A stretch of DNA of 39,180 nucleotides from Candidatus Aenigmatarchaeota archaeon (GTDB lineage Archaea; Aenigmatarchaeota; Aenigmatarchaeia; PWEA01), in assembly GCA_003555465.1 (NCBI GenBank), contig PWIB01000007.1:1-39180 (forward strand). Direction: 5' to 3'. The notes under the pieces were generated by a model, which saw nothing but the letters and a program-made list of their open reading frames with translations, had not been told where the DNA came from and did not search any database. The position numbers and the translations under genes were made by a program. This document shows positions 1-7,992 of the stretch, piece after piece (the first letter of the stretch is position 1; every line of letters begins with the position of its first letter).

Positions 1-188
1 CCCATGAACTCGTTCAAGGCTCTCTCCAGCGATTCAGTTTTTTGTTCAACTTTACAATAGACCTCATCAACGTCGCTCCATCCGAACTCCGAATCCCTAA
101 CCTCCTTTAGAAACCAGTCCTCGAAGTCCTGGAACTCGACCGACTCTTCTCTTTTTTCGTCAGCTGAAAAAAGTCCGAATGGAGACAT
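1..188 (-). CDS. hypothetical acidic protein, N-terminal part only (runs off the left edge)
   Basis: The rc ATG at 188-186 opens MSPFGLFSADEKREESVEFQDFEDWFLKEVRDSEFGWSDVDEVYCKVEQKTESLERALNEF with no stop before position 1. It is absent from the ORF track because it is truncated. It lies 23 nt downstream of the pcm stop on the same strand. Confidence 0.4.
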   Translation of the reverse strand, partial: MSPFGLFSADEKREESVEFQDFEDWFLKEVRDSEFGWSDVDEVYCKVEQKTESLERALNEFM

Positions 189-211
189 AGAAACAGATTT
201 GTTTTCAAAAC

Positions 212-859
212 TCAAAAACCTTTCTCGCCCTTCAGCTTGACAAACCTGTAACCTCTTTCCTTCTCAACAACTTCAGCTTCGCCCTCTGAGGTCTTCTCAA
301 CCACAACAAGGTCGTGTAGAACTGTACCTGAAACAGGAGAAACTATCCTTCCTCCGACTCTGAGCTGATCCACCCAGTCATCCTGAACCTCAGGCGAAAC
401 GGCCGTGCAGATTATACCATCGTAAGGCGCGTACTCCTCGAGACCTGTCGAACCGTCACCTACCACTACTTCAACGTTTTCCGCTCCTGCTTCCTTGAGG
501 TTTTTCCTGGCCTGCTCAGCCAGGCTTTCAAAGACCTCTACGGTGTAAACCTTTCCCTTTCCTCCGACCAGGTGTGAAAGCACGGCGGACTGCCATCCAG
601 AACCGGTTCCTATCTCCAGAATCCTGTCCCCTTCTTCGACGTCCAGAAACTCGGTCATCTTCGCGACAACGGAAGGCTGCGAAATGGTCTGTCCGTGTCC
701 TATGGAAAGAGGAGAGTCAACGTAAGCCTTGTCCTTTACTTTCCCGGGAACAAACAGATGGCGCGGCGCACTCCTTATGGCCTCCTCTACGCGGTGAGAG
801 GTCAGGTTTCCCTTGCTTCGCATCGTTTCGATTAATCCATCCTCCTTGTCCTCGCTCAT
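212..859 (-). CDS. pcm: protein-L-isoaspartate O-methyltransferase
   Basis: 215 aa. GHGQTISQPSVVA and the SAM motif ILEIGTGSGWQSA are typical of the PIMT family. Confidence 0.9.
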   Translation of the reverse strand: MSEDKEDGLIETMRSKGNLTSHRVEEAIRSAPRHLFVPGKVKDKAYVDSPLSIGHGQTISQPSVVAKMTEFLDVEEGDRILEIGTGSGWQSAVLSHLVGGKGKVYTVEVFESLAEQARKNLKEAGAENVEVVVGDGSTGLEEYAPYDGIICTAVSPEVQDDWVDQLRVGGRIVSPVSGTVLHDLVVVEKTSEGEAEVVEKERGYRFVKLKGEKGF

Positions 860-897
860 AGAAAACCTTTTAACTATCGCTCCACATAAAGCTTTCT

Positions 898-1752
898 ATG
901 GCAATGCCAGATGTCGACGAGACCGTGAGAAAGATAAAGGATCTGGAAATTCAAGGCGCACAGACTATAGCAAAGGAAAGCCTCAAAGTTCTATCGAAGA
1001 TAGTTGAGGAAGAAGGCTTCGGTGACAGGTTCAAGGAAGCAGCCGAGAAGCTCAAAAACGCGAGGCCTACGGGAGTTTCAGCCCACAACACGATAAGCTT
1101 TGTGGAAAGGAAGGAGGAAATAGAGGCTATAGACGCGACCCTTGACTACCTTAACACTGCGAAGCATGAGACCGGGAGACTGGCTGCAGACATGGTCGAA
1201 GACGAATCTGTTATAATGACGCATTGCCACTCCTCAGCGGTAATAGCTGCCTTCGAGGCACTTATGGAAAGGGACAAGGACTTCCGTGTAATAGTGACGG
1301 AAACCGAACCAAAGCTTCAGGGAGTCCAGACCGCGAAGGAGCTTCATGGAATGGGAATCCCTGTAAACTACATAGTCGACGCGGCTGCGGGTCTATACAT
1401 GTGGGCCGCTGACTACGTCTTCGTTGGAGTGGACTCGATAAAACCTTCCGGGGTTCTCAACAAGATAGGTACATACCTTCTTTCAGTCGCCGCGGACGAA
1501 GATCCAGAGACCGAGTTCTGGTTCTTAGCGACAAAGGACAAGTTCGACTACGACAACTTTTCCGACCTTGAGGAGAGGTCTCCGGACGAGATAGACGAAC
1601 ACGAGAACCTCGAAAAGGAGCACGAGCTCGTTCTGGAAAACCCGGCCTTCGACATGACGCCGTGGTCCAAGATAGACAAGCTTATAACCGAAGACGGAGA
1701 GATGAAGAAGCACGAAGTAGTTGATGAATTGAAGGGAAGCTTCAGGCTGTAA
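898..1752 (+). CDS. ribose-1,5-bisphosphate isomerase (eIF-2B alpha/beta/delta-like, e2b2 family)
   Basis: ARPTGVS, VIMTHCHSSAV, VIVTETEPKLQG, LNKIGT and NPAFDMTP match the e2b2/R15P isomerase family. It is the first gene of the operon with rbcL and deoA. Confidence 0.8.
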   Translation: MAMPDVDETVRKIKDLEIQGAQTIAKESLKVLSKIVEEEGFGDRFKEAAEKLKNARPTGVSAHNTISFVERKEEIEAIDATLDYLNTAKHETGRLAADMVEDESVIMTHCHSSAVIAAFEALMERDKDFRVIVTETEPKLQGVQTAKELHGMGIPVNYIVDAAAGLYMWAADYVFVGVDSIKPSGVLNKIGTYLLSVAADEDPETEFWFLATKDKFDYDNFSDLEERSPDEIDEHENLEKEHELVLENPAFDMTPWSKIDKLITEDGEMKKHEVVDELKGSFRL

Positions 1753-1783
1753 TCTATATTTTAAAAACAGTTCAGGTGATTTT

Positions 1784-3046
1784 ATGGAATTTGTAGATGA
1801 AAATTATGAACCAAAGGAAAGCGACATAGTCTGTCTTTTCCGTATAGAACCTTCAGAAAAAATCTCATTTGAAAATGCCGCTGCTAACGTTGCGAAGGAG
1901 TCCAGCGTAGGTACCTGGACACATATAGAAACTGTAAACGAAAGGGCGAAACGGATAAAGGCCCGCGTTTTCGAGATGAACGAACCCTACGCAAAGATAG
2001 CCTACCCTAAGGAGCTTTTCGAGCTGGACAACGTACCGCAGATTCTATCATCGATAGCTGGAAACATATTCGGTATGAAGCTTCTGAAAAACCTGAGGTT
2101 CGAGGACGTACGTTTCCCGTCGGAGCTCCTTGAAAAGTACAGAGGGCCGCAGGTCGGTCTTGATGGTATAAGAGACATTTTCTCTGTACAAGACAGACCT
2201 CTTCTGGGAACTATAGTTAAACCTAAGCTCGGCCTTGATTCGAAGGGACACGCAGAGGTAGCCTACAAGGCATGGAGAGGAGGACTTGATATAGTCAAGG
2301 ACGATGAAAACCTCAGCTCTATGACCTTCAACAGCTTCAGGGAACGTGTGGACAAGACTATGAAACTGAAGAAGAAGGCTGAGAAGGAAACAGGTGACAA
2401 GAAGGAGTATATGGGGAACATAACAGCGCCAGTATCGGAGATGAAGAAGAGGGCAGACTACCTCCTTGGTAAAGGAAGCAACTACGTTATGATAGACATC
2501 GTAACTACAGGATGGAGCGCTCTCCAGGAGATGCGCGACTACCTGGAAGGTAAAGACATCGTTATACATTGTCACCGTGCGGGACATGCCGCCTTCACGA
2601 GGAATAAAAAGCACGGGATGAGCATGCTTACGGTAGCGAAGTTCACCAGACTTATAGGCGGAGACCAGCTTCATATAGGTACCGCTGGAGTAGGTAAGAT
2701 GGAAGGTGGCGAGGACAAGATCCTGAGGATCGAAGAGGCCGTTGAATCCGAGAAAGAAGGGGAAGGCGAAAACAAACTTGCGCAGGACTGGAAGCATATA
2801 AACAGAACTGCAGCAGTAGCTTCAGGAGGCCTTAATCCTGGAGACATACCTGAACTCACTGACAAGATGGGGAAGGACATCGTGGCACAGTTCGGCGGAG
2901 GCTGTCACGGACATCCGGACGGTACGGAGGCCGGTGCAAGAGCAATAAGGCAGGCCTGTGAGGCTGTGATGGACGGAAGAAGTTTAGAAGAAGCCGCAGG
3001 AGAAAACGAAGAACTGAGGAAAGCACTGGAGAAGTGGAAGGAATGA
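1784..3046 (+). CDS. rbcL: ribulose bisphosphate carboxylase large subunit, form III
   Basis: 420 aa. Active-site motifs are GTIVKPKLGL, DIVKDDENL (carbamylated Lys), HCHRAGHAA and GGGCHGHPDG. No small-subunit gene is present. Confidence 0.95.
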   Translation: MEFVDENYEPKESDIVCLFRIEPSEKISFENAAANVAKESSVGTWTHIETVNERAKRIKARVFEMNEPYAKIAYPKELFELDNVPQILSSIAGNIFGMKLLKNLRFEDVRFPSELLEKYRGPQVGLDGIRDIFSVQDRPLLGTIVKPKLGLDSKGHAEVAYKAWRGGLDIVKDDENLSSMTFNSFRERVDKTMKLKKKAEKETGDKKEYMGNITAPVSEMKKRADYLLGKGSNYVMIDIVTTGWSALQEMRDYLEGKDIVIHCHRAGHAAFTRNKKHGMSMLTVAKFTRLIGGDQLHIGTAGVGKMEGGEDKILRIEEAVESEKEGEGENKLAQDWKHINRTAAVASGGLNPGDIPELTDKMGKDIVAQFGGGCHGHPDGTEAGARAIRQACEAVMDGRSLEEAAGENEELRKALEKWKE

Positions 3047-3300
3047 TAAATATAGGATGGATAGGAGCTTTACTGCTCCTCGCTGCATGGATTCCGGAAA
3101 CAGTAACTACCTTGAAAAGTGAAAGCCTTGAAGCTATAAATCCAAAGTTCATTGTATTCAGCTTCCTTGGTTCGGTCTTTCTAGCTTCGCACTCATACTT
3201 TATAGGCGATCTCGCCTTCCTTTTCCTCAATACAACTATAGCAGTGATCGTGGCCGCGGAGCTTGTGGTCTATCTTTATAAATCAAGAGCTATGGAATAG
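3034..3300 (+). CDS. small 3-TM membrane protein, SemiSWEET / PQ-loop-like
   Basis: 88 aa with three hydrophobic helices. TM1 ends in WIPE, where SemiSWEETs carry PQ. It is followed by a K.ES...I loop, and TM3 has a conserved-looking Asn (FLNTT). The start overlaps the rbcL stop: either the ATG at 3034, or the ATG at 3043 forming an ATGA overlap. Confidence 0.6.
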   Translation: MEGMINIGWIGALLLLAAWIPETVTTLKSESLEAINPKFIVFSFLGSVFLASHSYFIGDLAFLFLNTTIAVIVAAELVVYLYKSRAME

Positions 3301-3311
3301 TTGTGTTAACC

Positions 3312-4787
3312 ATGGAAGCGAAGGTAAAGACTCTGGACGTGAAAGCTGGGAAGCCCGTAGCTATCATAAACGACAGAGACGCAGCCGAACACTCTATATT
3401 TCTAGGCGACAGGATATGCCTCAAGTACGGAGAGACAGAAGGAATGGCCATTGTCGACACTTCAAGAGGTGTTCCAAGGGGAAACATCTACCTGTTCAAA
3501 GAAACTAAGGAAGAGATCAACGTGGAGGAAGGTGAAGTCGTAGAGGTCGAAAGCTCAATCAAGCCAGATTCCATAGACTACATAAAGAAGAAGGTCGAGG
3601 GGGAAGAGCTTGCAGAGGAAGAAACCCGTGCCATCGTCGAAGACGCGGTTGATTTCAAGCTGACGGATTCCGAGCTAATGGCCTATACCGTCGGCATAGA
3701 GATGTCTGATTTCTCTATGGAGGAAGCGAAGCATCTCACAAAGGCTATGGTGAATACAGGCGAAAAGATAGATGTCGAAGAAGCTCTGGACAAGCACTGT
3801 ATCGGAGGTGTTCCTGGGAACAGGACAACGCCTATAATTGTTTCTATAATCGCCGCCGCAGGATACAAGATACCTAAAACCTCCTCAAGAGCTATAACTT
3901 CTCCTGCAGGAACCGCGGATACCATGGAGGTTATAACTGACGTGAAGCACTCACTTGAAGAAATCGAAAGTATAGTTGACGAGGTAAATGGCTGTCTCTG
4001 TTGGGGAGGAGCCCTGAACCTGGCTCCTGCAGACGACGAGTTCATAAGGGTAAGGGATTCACTCAACCTGGACCCGTTGGAGCAGCTCCTGTCTTCAGTA
4101 CTTGCGAAGAAGAAGGCCGTGGGTGCAAACACCGTTCTAATTGATATACCAATGGGCGACGGTACCAAGGTTGAGGGCCAGGAAGAAGCCAGCAAGCTCT
4201 CAAGGAACTTCAAGGAGCTTGGAAGCGAGCTAGGAATGAACGTTATGACGCTTGTCTCGGACGGTTCAAGCCCTATAGGCAAAGGTATAGGACCGGCCTT
4301 AGAGGCGAGGGACTTTTTGGAGGTATTGAAGTCAGGTGGAAAGGAAGGGCCGGAAGATCTGAGGAACAAATCAGTAAAGATGGCCGATCTCCTACTTGAT
4401 GAAGTAGGTTCGAAGGAAAATGCGGAAGAAATTTTGGAAAGTGGAAGGGCTTACGACAAGTTCAAGGAGATATTGGATAAGCAAGGCGGTGGTATAAAGG
4501 AACCTGAAAACGTGGAGCTGGCCGAAAACAGGCATACTGTCAAGGCGGAGAAAAGAGGTCGCGTTAAAGGAATAAACAACGAACCTGTTAACAAAATTGC
4601 GAAGGCAGCAGGCTGTTCCAAGGAGAAGAGGTCAGGCCTGTATCTACACAAAAAGGAAGGTGATCCTGTGGAGGAAGGCGACGACCTCATAACCGTATAC
4701 TCCGAAAGTCCTAAAAGGCTGGAAAAGGCCGTGGAGCTTGCAGAGGAAAGGAAGGTCTACAGCTTCAAGTCTCTGCTTTCAGAATAA
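3312..4787 (+). CDS. deoA: AMP phosphorylase (thymidine phosphorylase family)
   Basis: HCIGGVPGNRTT, KTSSRAITSPAGTADTMEV and CWGGALNLAPADD match the archaeal AMPpase closely. I prefer the ATG at 3312 (MEAKVKTLDV) to the GTG at 3303 given in the track. Confidence 0.9.
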   Translation: MEAKVKTLDVKAGKPVAIINDRDAAEHSIFLGDRICLKYGETEGMAIVDTSRGVPRGNIYLFKETKEEINVEEGEVVEVESSIKPDSIDYIKKKVEGEELAEEETRAIVEDAVDFKLTDSELMAYTVGIEMSDFSMEEAKHLTKAMVNTGEKIDVEEALDKHCIGGVPGNRTTPIIVSIIAAAGYKIPKTSSRAITSPAGTADTMEVITDVKHSLEEIESIVDEVNGCLCWGGALNLAPADDEFIRVRDSLNLDPLEQLLSSVLAKKKAVGANTVLIDIPMGDGTKVEGQEEASKLSRNFKELGSELGMNVMTLVSDGSSPIGKGIGPALEARDFLEVLKSGGKEGPEDLRNKSVKMADLLLDEVGSKENAEEILESGRAYDKFKEILDKQGGGIKEPENVELAENRHTVKAEKRGRVKGINNEPVNKIAKAAGCSKEKRSGLYLHKKEGDPVEEGDDLITVYSESPKRLEKAVELAEERKVYSFKSLLSE

Positions 4788-4832
4788 AAAGAAAAAAGAA
4801 AGAGATAGGACTTTGGTTTTTCACTTCTCTCG

Positions 4833-5114
4833 TTACTTCGTCATCACGATGTCGATTGAGCTAACGTTGATCTCCTCACCTTCGTCGGTTTCTATCTCCT
4901 CGGTTCCTGTGTCGATGCTCTCGATCTTGGCATCTTCCTCGAACCTGTTCTTGGTAATCTCTGCGACGTCAACAGCTCTTGAGATCGCTTTACCTCTTGC
5001 CTTGATGTGTACTTCGTCCATTCCGTCGTTGAACTGGGTGACACAGGCAAGAACGTAGCTCATAGGTGGTTTGTTTCCAACGAAAATCACGTTGTCTTCT
5101 GCTTCTTCTGCCAT
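4833..5114 (-). CDS. albA: chromatin protein Alba
   Basis: [21 protein letters not shown]...[17 protein letters not shown] is the Alba signature. I prefer the ATG at 5114 to the GTG at 5123. Confidence 0.9.
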   Translation of the reverse strand: MAEEAEDNVIFVGNKPPMSYVLACVTQFNDGMDEVHIKARGKAISRAVDVAEITKNRFEEDAKIESIDTGTEEIETDEGEEINVSSIDIVMTK

Positions 5115-5269
5115 CGGATTCACCTCCGTTTTTTTGTTCAGTTGTTTAGATCTTTAGGTTTCCGGTTCCTTTGAACACTAAAGCCCACTTTCCCGTCCTC
5201 TTGATTGATCGATAAAAGTATTTAAAGTTTATGTAAACCCTACACCACAGAAGTTGTCATGGAACTTCT

Positions 5270-5566
5270 TCAGATATCACAAACAGTACAATCAGAAGGA
5301 CTGGCTACGTACTGACTACAAGGAACTTCCTCACCACCGACTTCGACTTCACCGTCTGGTTCATGAACAGTATCCCAATCTTCTTCACATAACTCTTGGT
5401 TCCTTGCCATAGGTGAGCAGCATGAGTTTATAACGGCCTCATCCTCTATGGGTCCGGGTTCAAAGCCTCCCATGAAGAAAGCTGTGAGAGCCAAAAGGAC
5501 TAAAACAGCTATGGCAAGAATCACAAGCATGTTAACAGGCATTGAAATACCTTTCTTTAAAGCCAT
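5270..5566 (-). CDS. small prepilin-like (class III signal peptide) acidic Cys-rich protein
   Basis: The N-terminus MALKKG/ISMPVNMLVILAIAVLVLLAL has a short basic leader ending in KG followed by a hydrophobic helix. The C-terminal half is acidic with 6 Cys. Confidence 0.55.
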   Translation of the reverse strand: MALKKGISMPVNMLVILAIAVLVLLALTAFFMGGFEPGPIEDEAVINSCCSPMARNQELCEEDWDTVHEPDGEVEVGGEEVPCSQYVASPSDCTVCDI

Positions 5567-5668
5567 AAGACCACTGTCATAGGTATAAAGATTGTGTTAT
5601 TTAAAACTTTTCCTTTTAAGTTCAATCACGACAACCAAAGTTTCAATAAAGATTAAATACCTTGAAAA

Positions 5669-5875
5669 TAAAGGTGTTTCTGTGGATGGGGGTCAAGGGT
5701 CCAGCCTGTCTTTTTAAGGCGTGGAGCGTGCGTCCCACAAGGTCCTTGAGGCCGGAGGGGCGTATGTGAGACGGACTGTAAAACACACGGGAGAACTCCG
5801 CGAGTCGCGCCGTCTGGGCAAGGCAATGGTGAGGAAGGTAGCCAGGACCTGAACAATGTCCCTCCACACCTTTTC
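5669..5875. ncRNA. GC-rich structured RNA candidate, class and strand unresolved
   Basis: A sharp GC-rich island sits in a 340-nt gap between AT-rich flanks. A terminal helix pairs UGUGGAUGGG (5681-5690) with CCCUCCACA (5857-5865). Internal helices are AGACGG (5769-5774) with CCGUCU (5810-5815) and a CGCG-AGU-CGCG hairpin (5799-5809). T-runs lie on both sides. The two track ORFs inside it translate to R/P/G/H-rich junk. Confidence 0.45.
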
Positions 5876-5909
5876 CCTCCGAAAAACTTTTAAGTCTTAG
5901 ATAAAGAGA

Positions 5910-6476
5910 GTGAAAGGCATGATTGAAGAAGATCTAGATACGCCGCTTGTAAGAGAAGTCATGTCAGAGGACCTGAACTACGCCAGCCGCGAAGATTCTG
6001 TCTGTGAGATAGCAAAAACCCTGAAGAAGGGCGACCGCGGCTCAGTCATAATAAAGGACGATGATGAGATAGAAGGTATAATCACTAATTCGGACATTGT
6101 CAACGAGTTCGTAGTTGACGGTAAAGGAAACAAGGCGAAGGAAATACTAACGGAAGATATGGTTACGATCTCCCCTGATATGGATATAGAGGATGCGGCA
6201 AGAGTTATGGTTAAGGAAGGTATAGAAAGGCTCGTGGTTATGGAGGGAGACAAGCTTGTAGGTATAATTTCTCAGCACGATATAATGCAGGTAAAGCCAG
6301 ATCTTTACCTTGATATAAGCCAGGGAATAAAGCTCGGTCCAGAAAGTGCAGAAATGACGCTGGAACAAAAGGAAGTAGGTCAGTGTGAGTCATGTGAGAA
6401 CTACTCCGAGGACCTGCAGGAGGTAAACGGAAACCTTCTCTGTCCAGAGTGTCAGGAAGATATGAACTTCGCTTAA
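5910..6476 (+). CDS. CBS-pair domain protein with C-terminal zinc ribbon
   Basis: Two CBS repeats are present (VMSEDLNY...GIITNSDIV and MVTISPDMDIEDAARVM...GIISQHDIM), followed by CESC...CPEC. The start may be the ATG at 5919 rather than the GTG at 5910. Confidence 0.8.
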   Translation: MKGMIEEDLDTPLVREVMSEDLNYASREDSVCEIAKTLKKGDRGSVIIKDDDEIEGIITNSDIVNEFVVDGKGNKAKEILTEDMVTISPDMDIEDAARVMVKEGIERLVVMEGDKLVGIISQHDIMQVKPDLYLDISQGIKLGPESAEMTLEQKEVGQCESCENYSEDLQEVNGNLLCPECQEDMNFA

Positions 6477-6853
6477 GAATTCAACTTCTTAGCTTCGCCG
6501 TGTATCAGAGCTAATCCTATGAAGGTAGACAGAACTCCTATGAAGAAGTTCAGTCCCAGCGGCATTAAAAGTATAAGAGGTATCCCCATAAGAAAAAACG
6601 CAAGTCCGAAGGCCAGTTTTCCCTTGTTGAAGCCTAGTTCCATCTCCATAATCTCCTCCTTGAACTCTTCAGTGTCTCTTTCCTCTAGGAACTCCTTGGC
6701 TTCGTCAAGCTTTTCTCCGTCTATGTCAAGGAAAAACCTTCCTGTGTAGCCACACTCAGTACAGCTGTATCCGCGTTCCATACCTATCAGTGCGAGGAAG
6801 TTAGCTCTGTCTGTCTTTATCTTCTCCGAACCACAGCTAGGGCAGATTTTCAT
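6473..6853 (-). CDS. zinc-ribbon membrane protein, unknown function
   Basis: N-terminal CPSCGS...CTECGY, an acidic linker, then two C-terminal TM helices. It converges on the CBS gene with a 4-nt overlap. Confidence 0.55.
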   Translation of the reverse strand: MKICPSCGSEKIKTDRANFLALIGMERGYSCTECGYTGRFFLDIDGEKLDEAKEFLEERDTEEFKEEIMEMELGFNKGKLAFGLAFFLMGIPLILLMPLGLNFFIGVLSTFIGLALIHGEAKKLNS

Positions 6854-6928
6854 AAGTTCTCCTTGTTTTCGAAGAGTTTAAGCTTTACCCTCATAAATTT
6901 TAAGTAGACTCCAAAAAGAAATGGTATT

Positions 6929-7588
6929 ATGCTAAAGGAAAGGATAGACGACTTTTACAGAAAGGAGGATAAGGACAGGGAGAGGGACTACTTCTACGCT
7001 TCCGAGGTAACGGACTGTAAGAGGAAGATATACTTCAAGGTCAAGGGTGCGGATAAAGAAAAACTGGATCCGCAGACAAACAGGAAGTTCGAGAGGGGTG
7101 ACCTCATACACCAGAGGCTGGTTTCCGCTCTTTACTCCGTTGGTGTCGTCACGGCTTCAGAGGTGGAGATGCCGAACCAGTCGCTGTTCCACGGAAGAGC
7201 CGATGCAATAGTCTCTATAAATGATGAAAACTACGTAGTTGAGATAAAGTCCGCGAGTCCGTACAGCTTCAAGACTCTTGATGGACCTAAGGAGTCATGG
7301 AGGAAACAGCTCCAACTCTATCTACACCACTTCGACATAGATCAAGGAATAATTCTCGTCGAATGTAAGGGTACTCAGAAGCTGAAGGAGTTCAGAGTCG
7401 AAAGGGACGACGAGGTCGTCGAGGAGCTGGAGGAGGAGTTCGAGAAGCTTCTGGAGATGATACAGAAGGATGTAGTGCCTAAAAAGCCCGACAAAGACGA
7501 CTGGAAGTTCGATAAATGCAAGTACTGCCTGTACGAAGAAGCATGCGAGGAAGCAAAAAACACTTTGAAAGGCTTCACGGGTGCCTAG
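6929..7588 (+). CDS. PD-(D/E)XK nuclease, Cas4/RecB-like with 4-Cys cluster
   Basis: An N-terminal Cys (TDCKRK), nuclease motifs GRADAIV and VEIKS, and C-terminal CKYCLYEEAC (C-x2-C-x5-C). This is the Cas4/AddB-type Fe-S nuclease pattern. Confidence 0.8.
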   Translation: MLKERIDDFYRKEDKDRERDYFYASEVTDCKRKIYFKVKGADKEKLDPQTNRKFERGDLIHQRLVSALYSVGVVTASEVEMPNQSLFHGRADAIVSINDENYVVEIKSASPYSFKTLDGPKESWRKQLQLYLHHFDIDQGIILVECKGTQKLKEFRVERDDEVVEELEEEFEKLLEMIQKDVVPKKPDKDDWKFDKCKYCLYEEACEEAKNTLKGFTGA

Positions 7589-7988
7589 AATTTCTAAGAG
7601 AGTCCTGGCCAGTGGAAAGTTCGACCTCCTGCATCCTGGACACATTTTCTATCTCGAGGAGTCGAAAAAGCTGGCGGAAGGAGGAGAACTCCTGGTAGTC
7701 ATAGCTCACGAAAACAATATCCAGGGCAATCTTTTCAGAAACGAAGAGAGGAAAAAGATGTTAGAAAGCCTTGAAGCTGTCGACAGGGTCTTTGTAGGCG
7801 AGGAAGACGTGGACTTCCTGAAAACTTTGAGGGAAGTTAAGCCGGAGGTAATAGCTCTGGGACACGACCAAAGACCCGAAGGACTGGAAAAAGCTCTGGA
7901 AAAATACGAGGGTAAGGTCGAGATCAAAAGGATAGAACCACACAGACCTGAAAAGTACTCATCAACAAGGTTAAAGGAAATGTTATAA
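7581..7988 (+). CDS. ribL: cytidylyltransferase-fold nucleotidyltransferase, probable archaeal FAD synthase
   Basis: SGKFDLLHPGHIFYL (H-x-G-H) and ALGHDQ resemble RibL. It has a GTG start that overlaps the upstream nuclease gene by 8 nt. Confidence 0.65.
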   Translation: MPRISKRVLASGKFDLLHPGHIFYLEESKKLAEGGELLVVIAHENNIQGNLFRNEERKKMLESLEAVDRVFVGEEDVDFLKTLREVKPEVIALGHDQRPEGLEKALEKYEGKVEIKRIEPHRPEKYSSTRLKEML

Positions 7989-7992
7989 GGTA

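Noticed and set aside
5643-5867. Two overlapping minus-strand ORFs (74 and 67 aa) inside the GC-rich island, and specific RNA classes for that island
   Set aside because: Their translations are R/P/G/H-rich with no coding signature. I also tried SRP RNA (the invariant AGCA of helix 8 is absent), 5S rRNA (no CCGAAC..GAAGUUAAG core, and the island is too long) and RNase P (CR-I/CR-V-like strings but no space for P1-P3). I could confirm none, so the feature is reported only as an unclassified RNA candidate.
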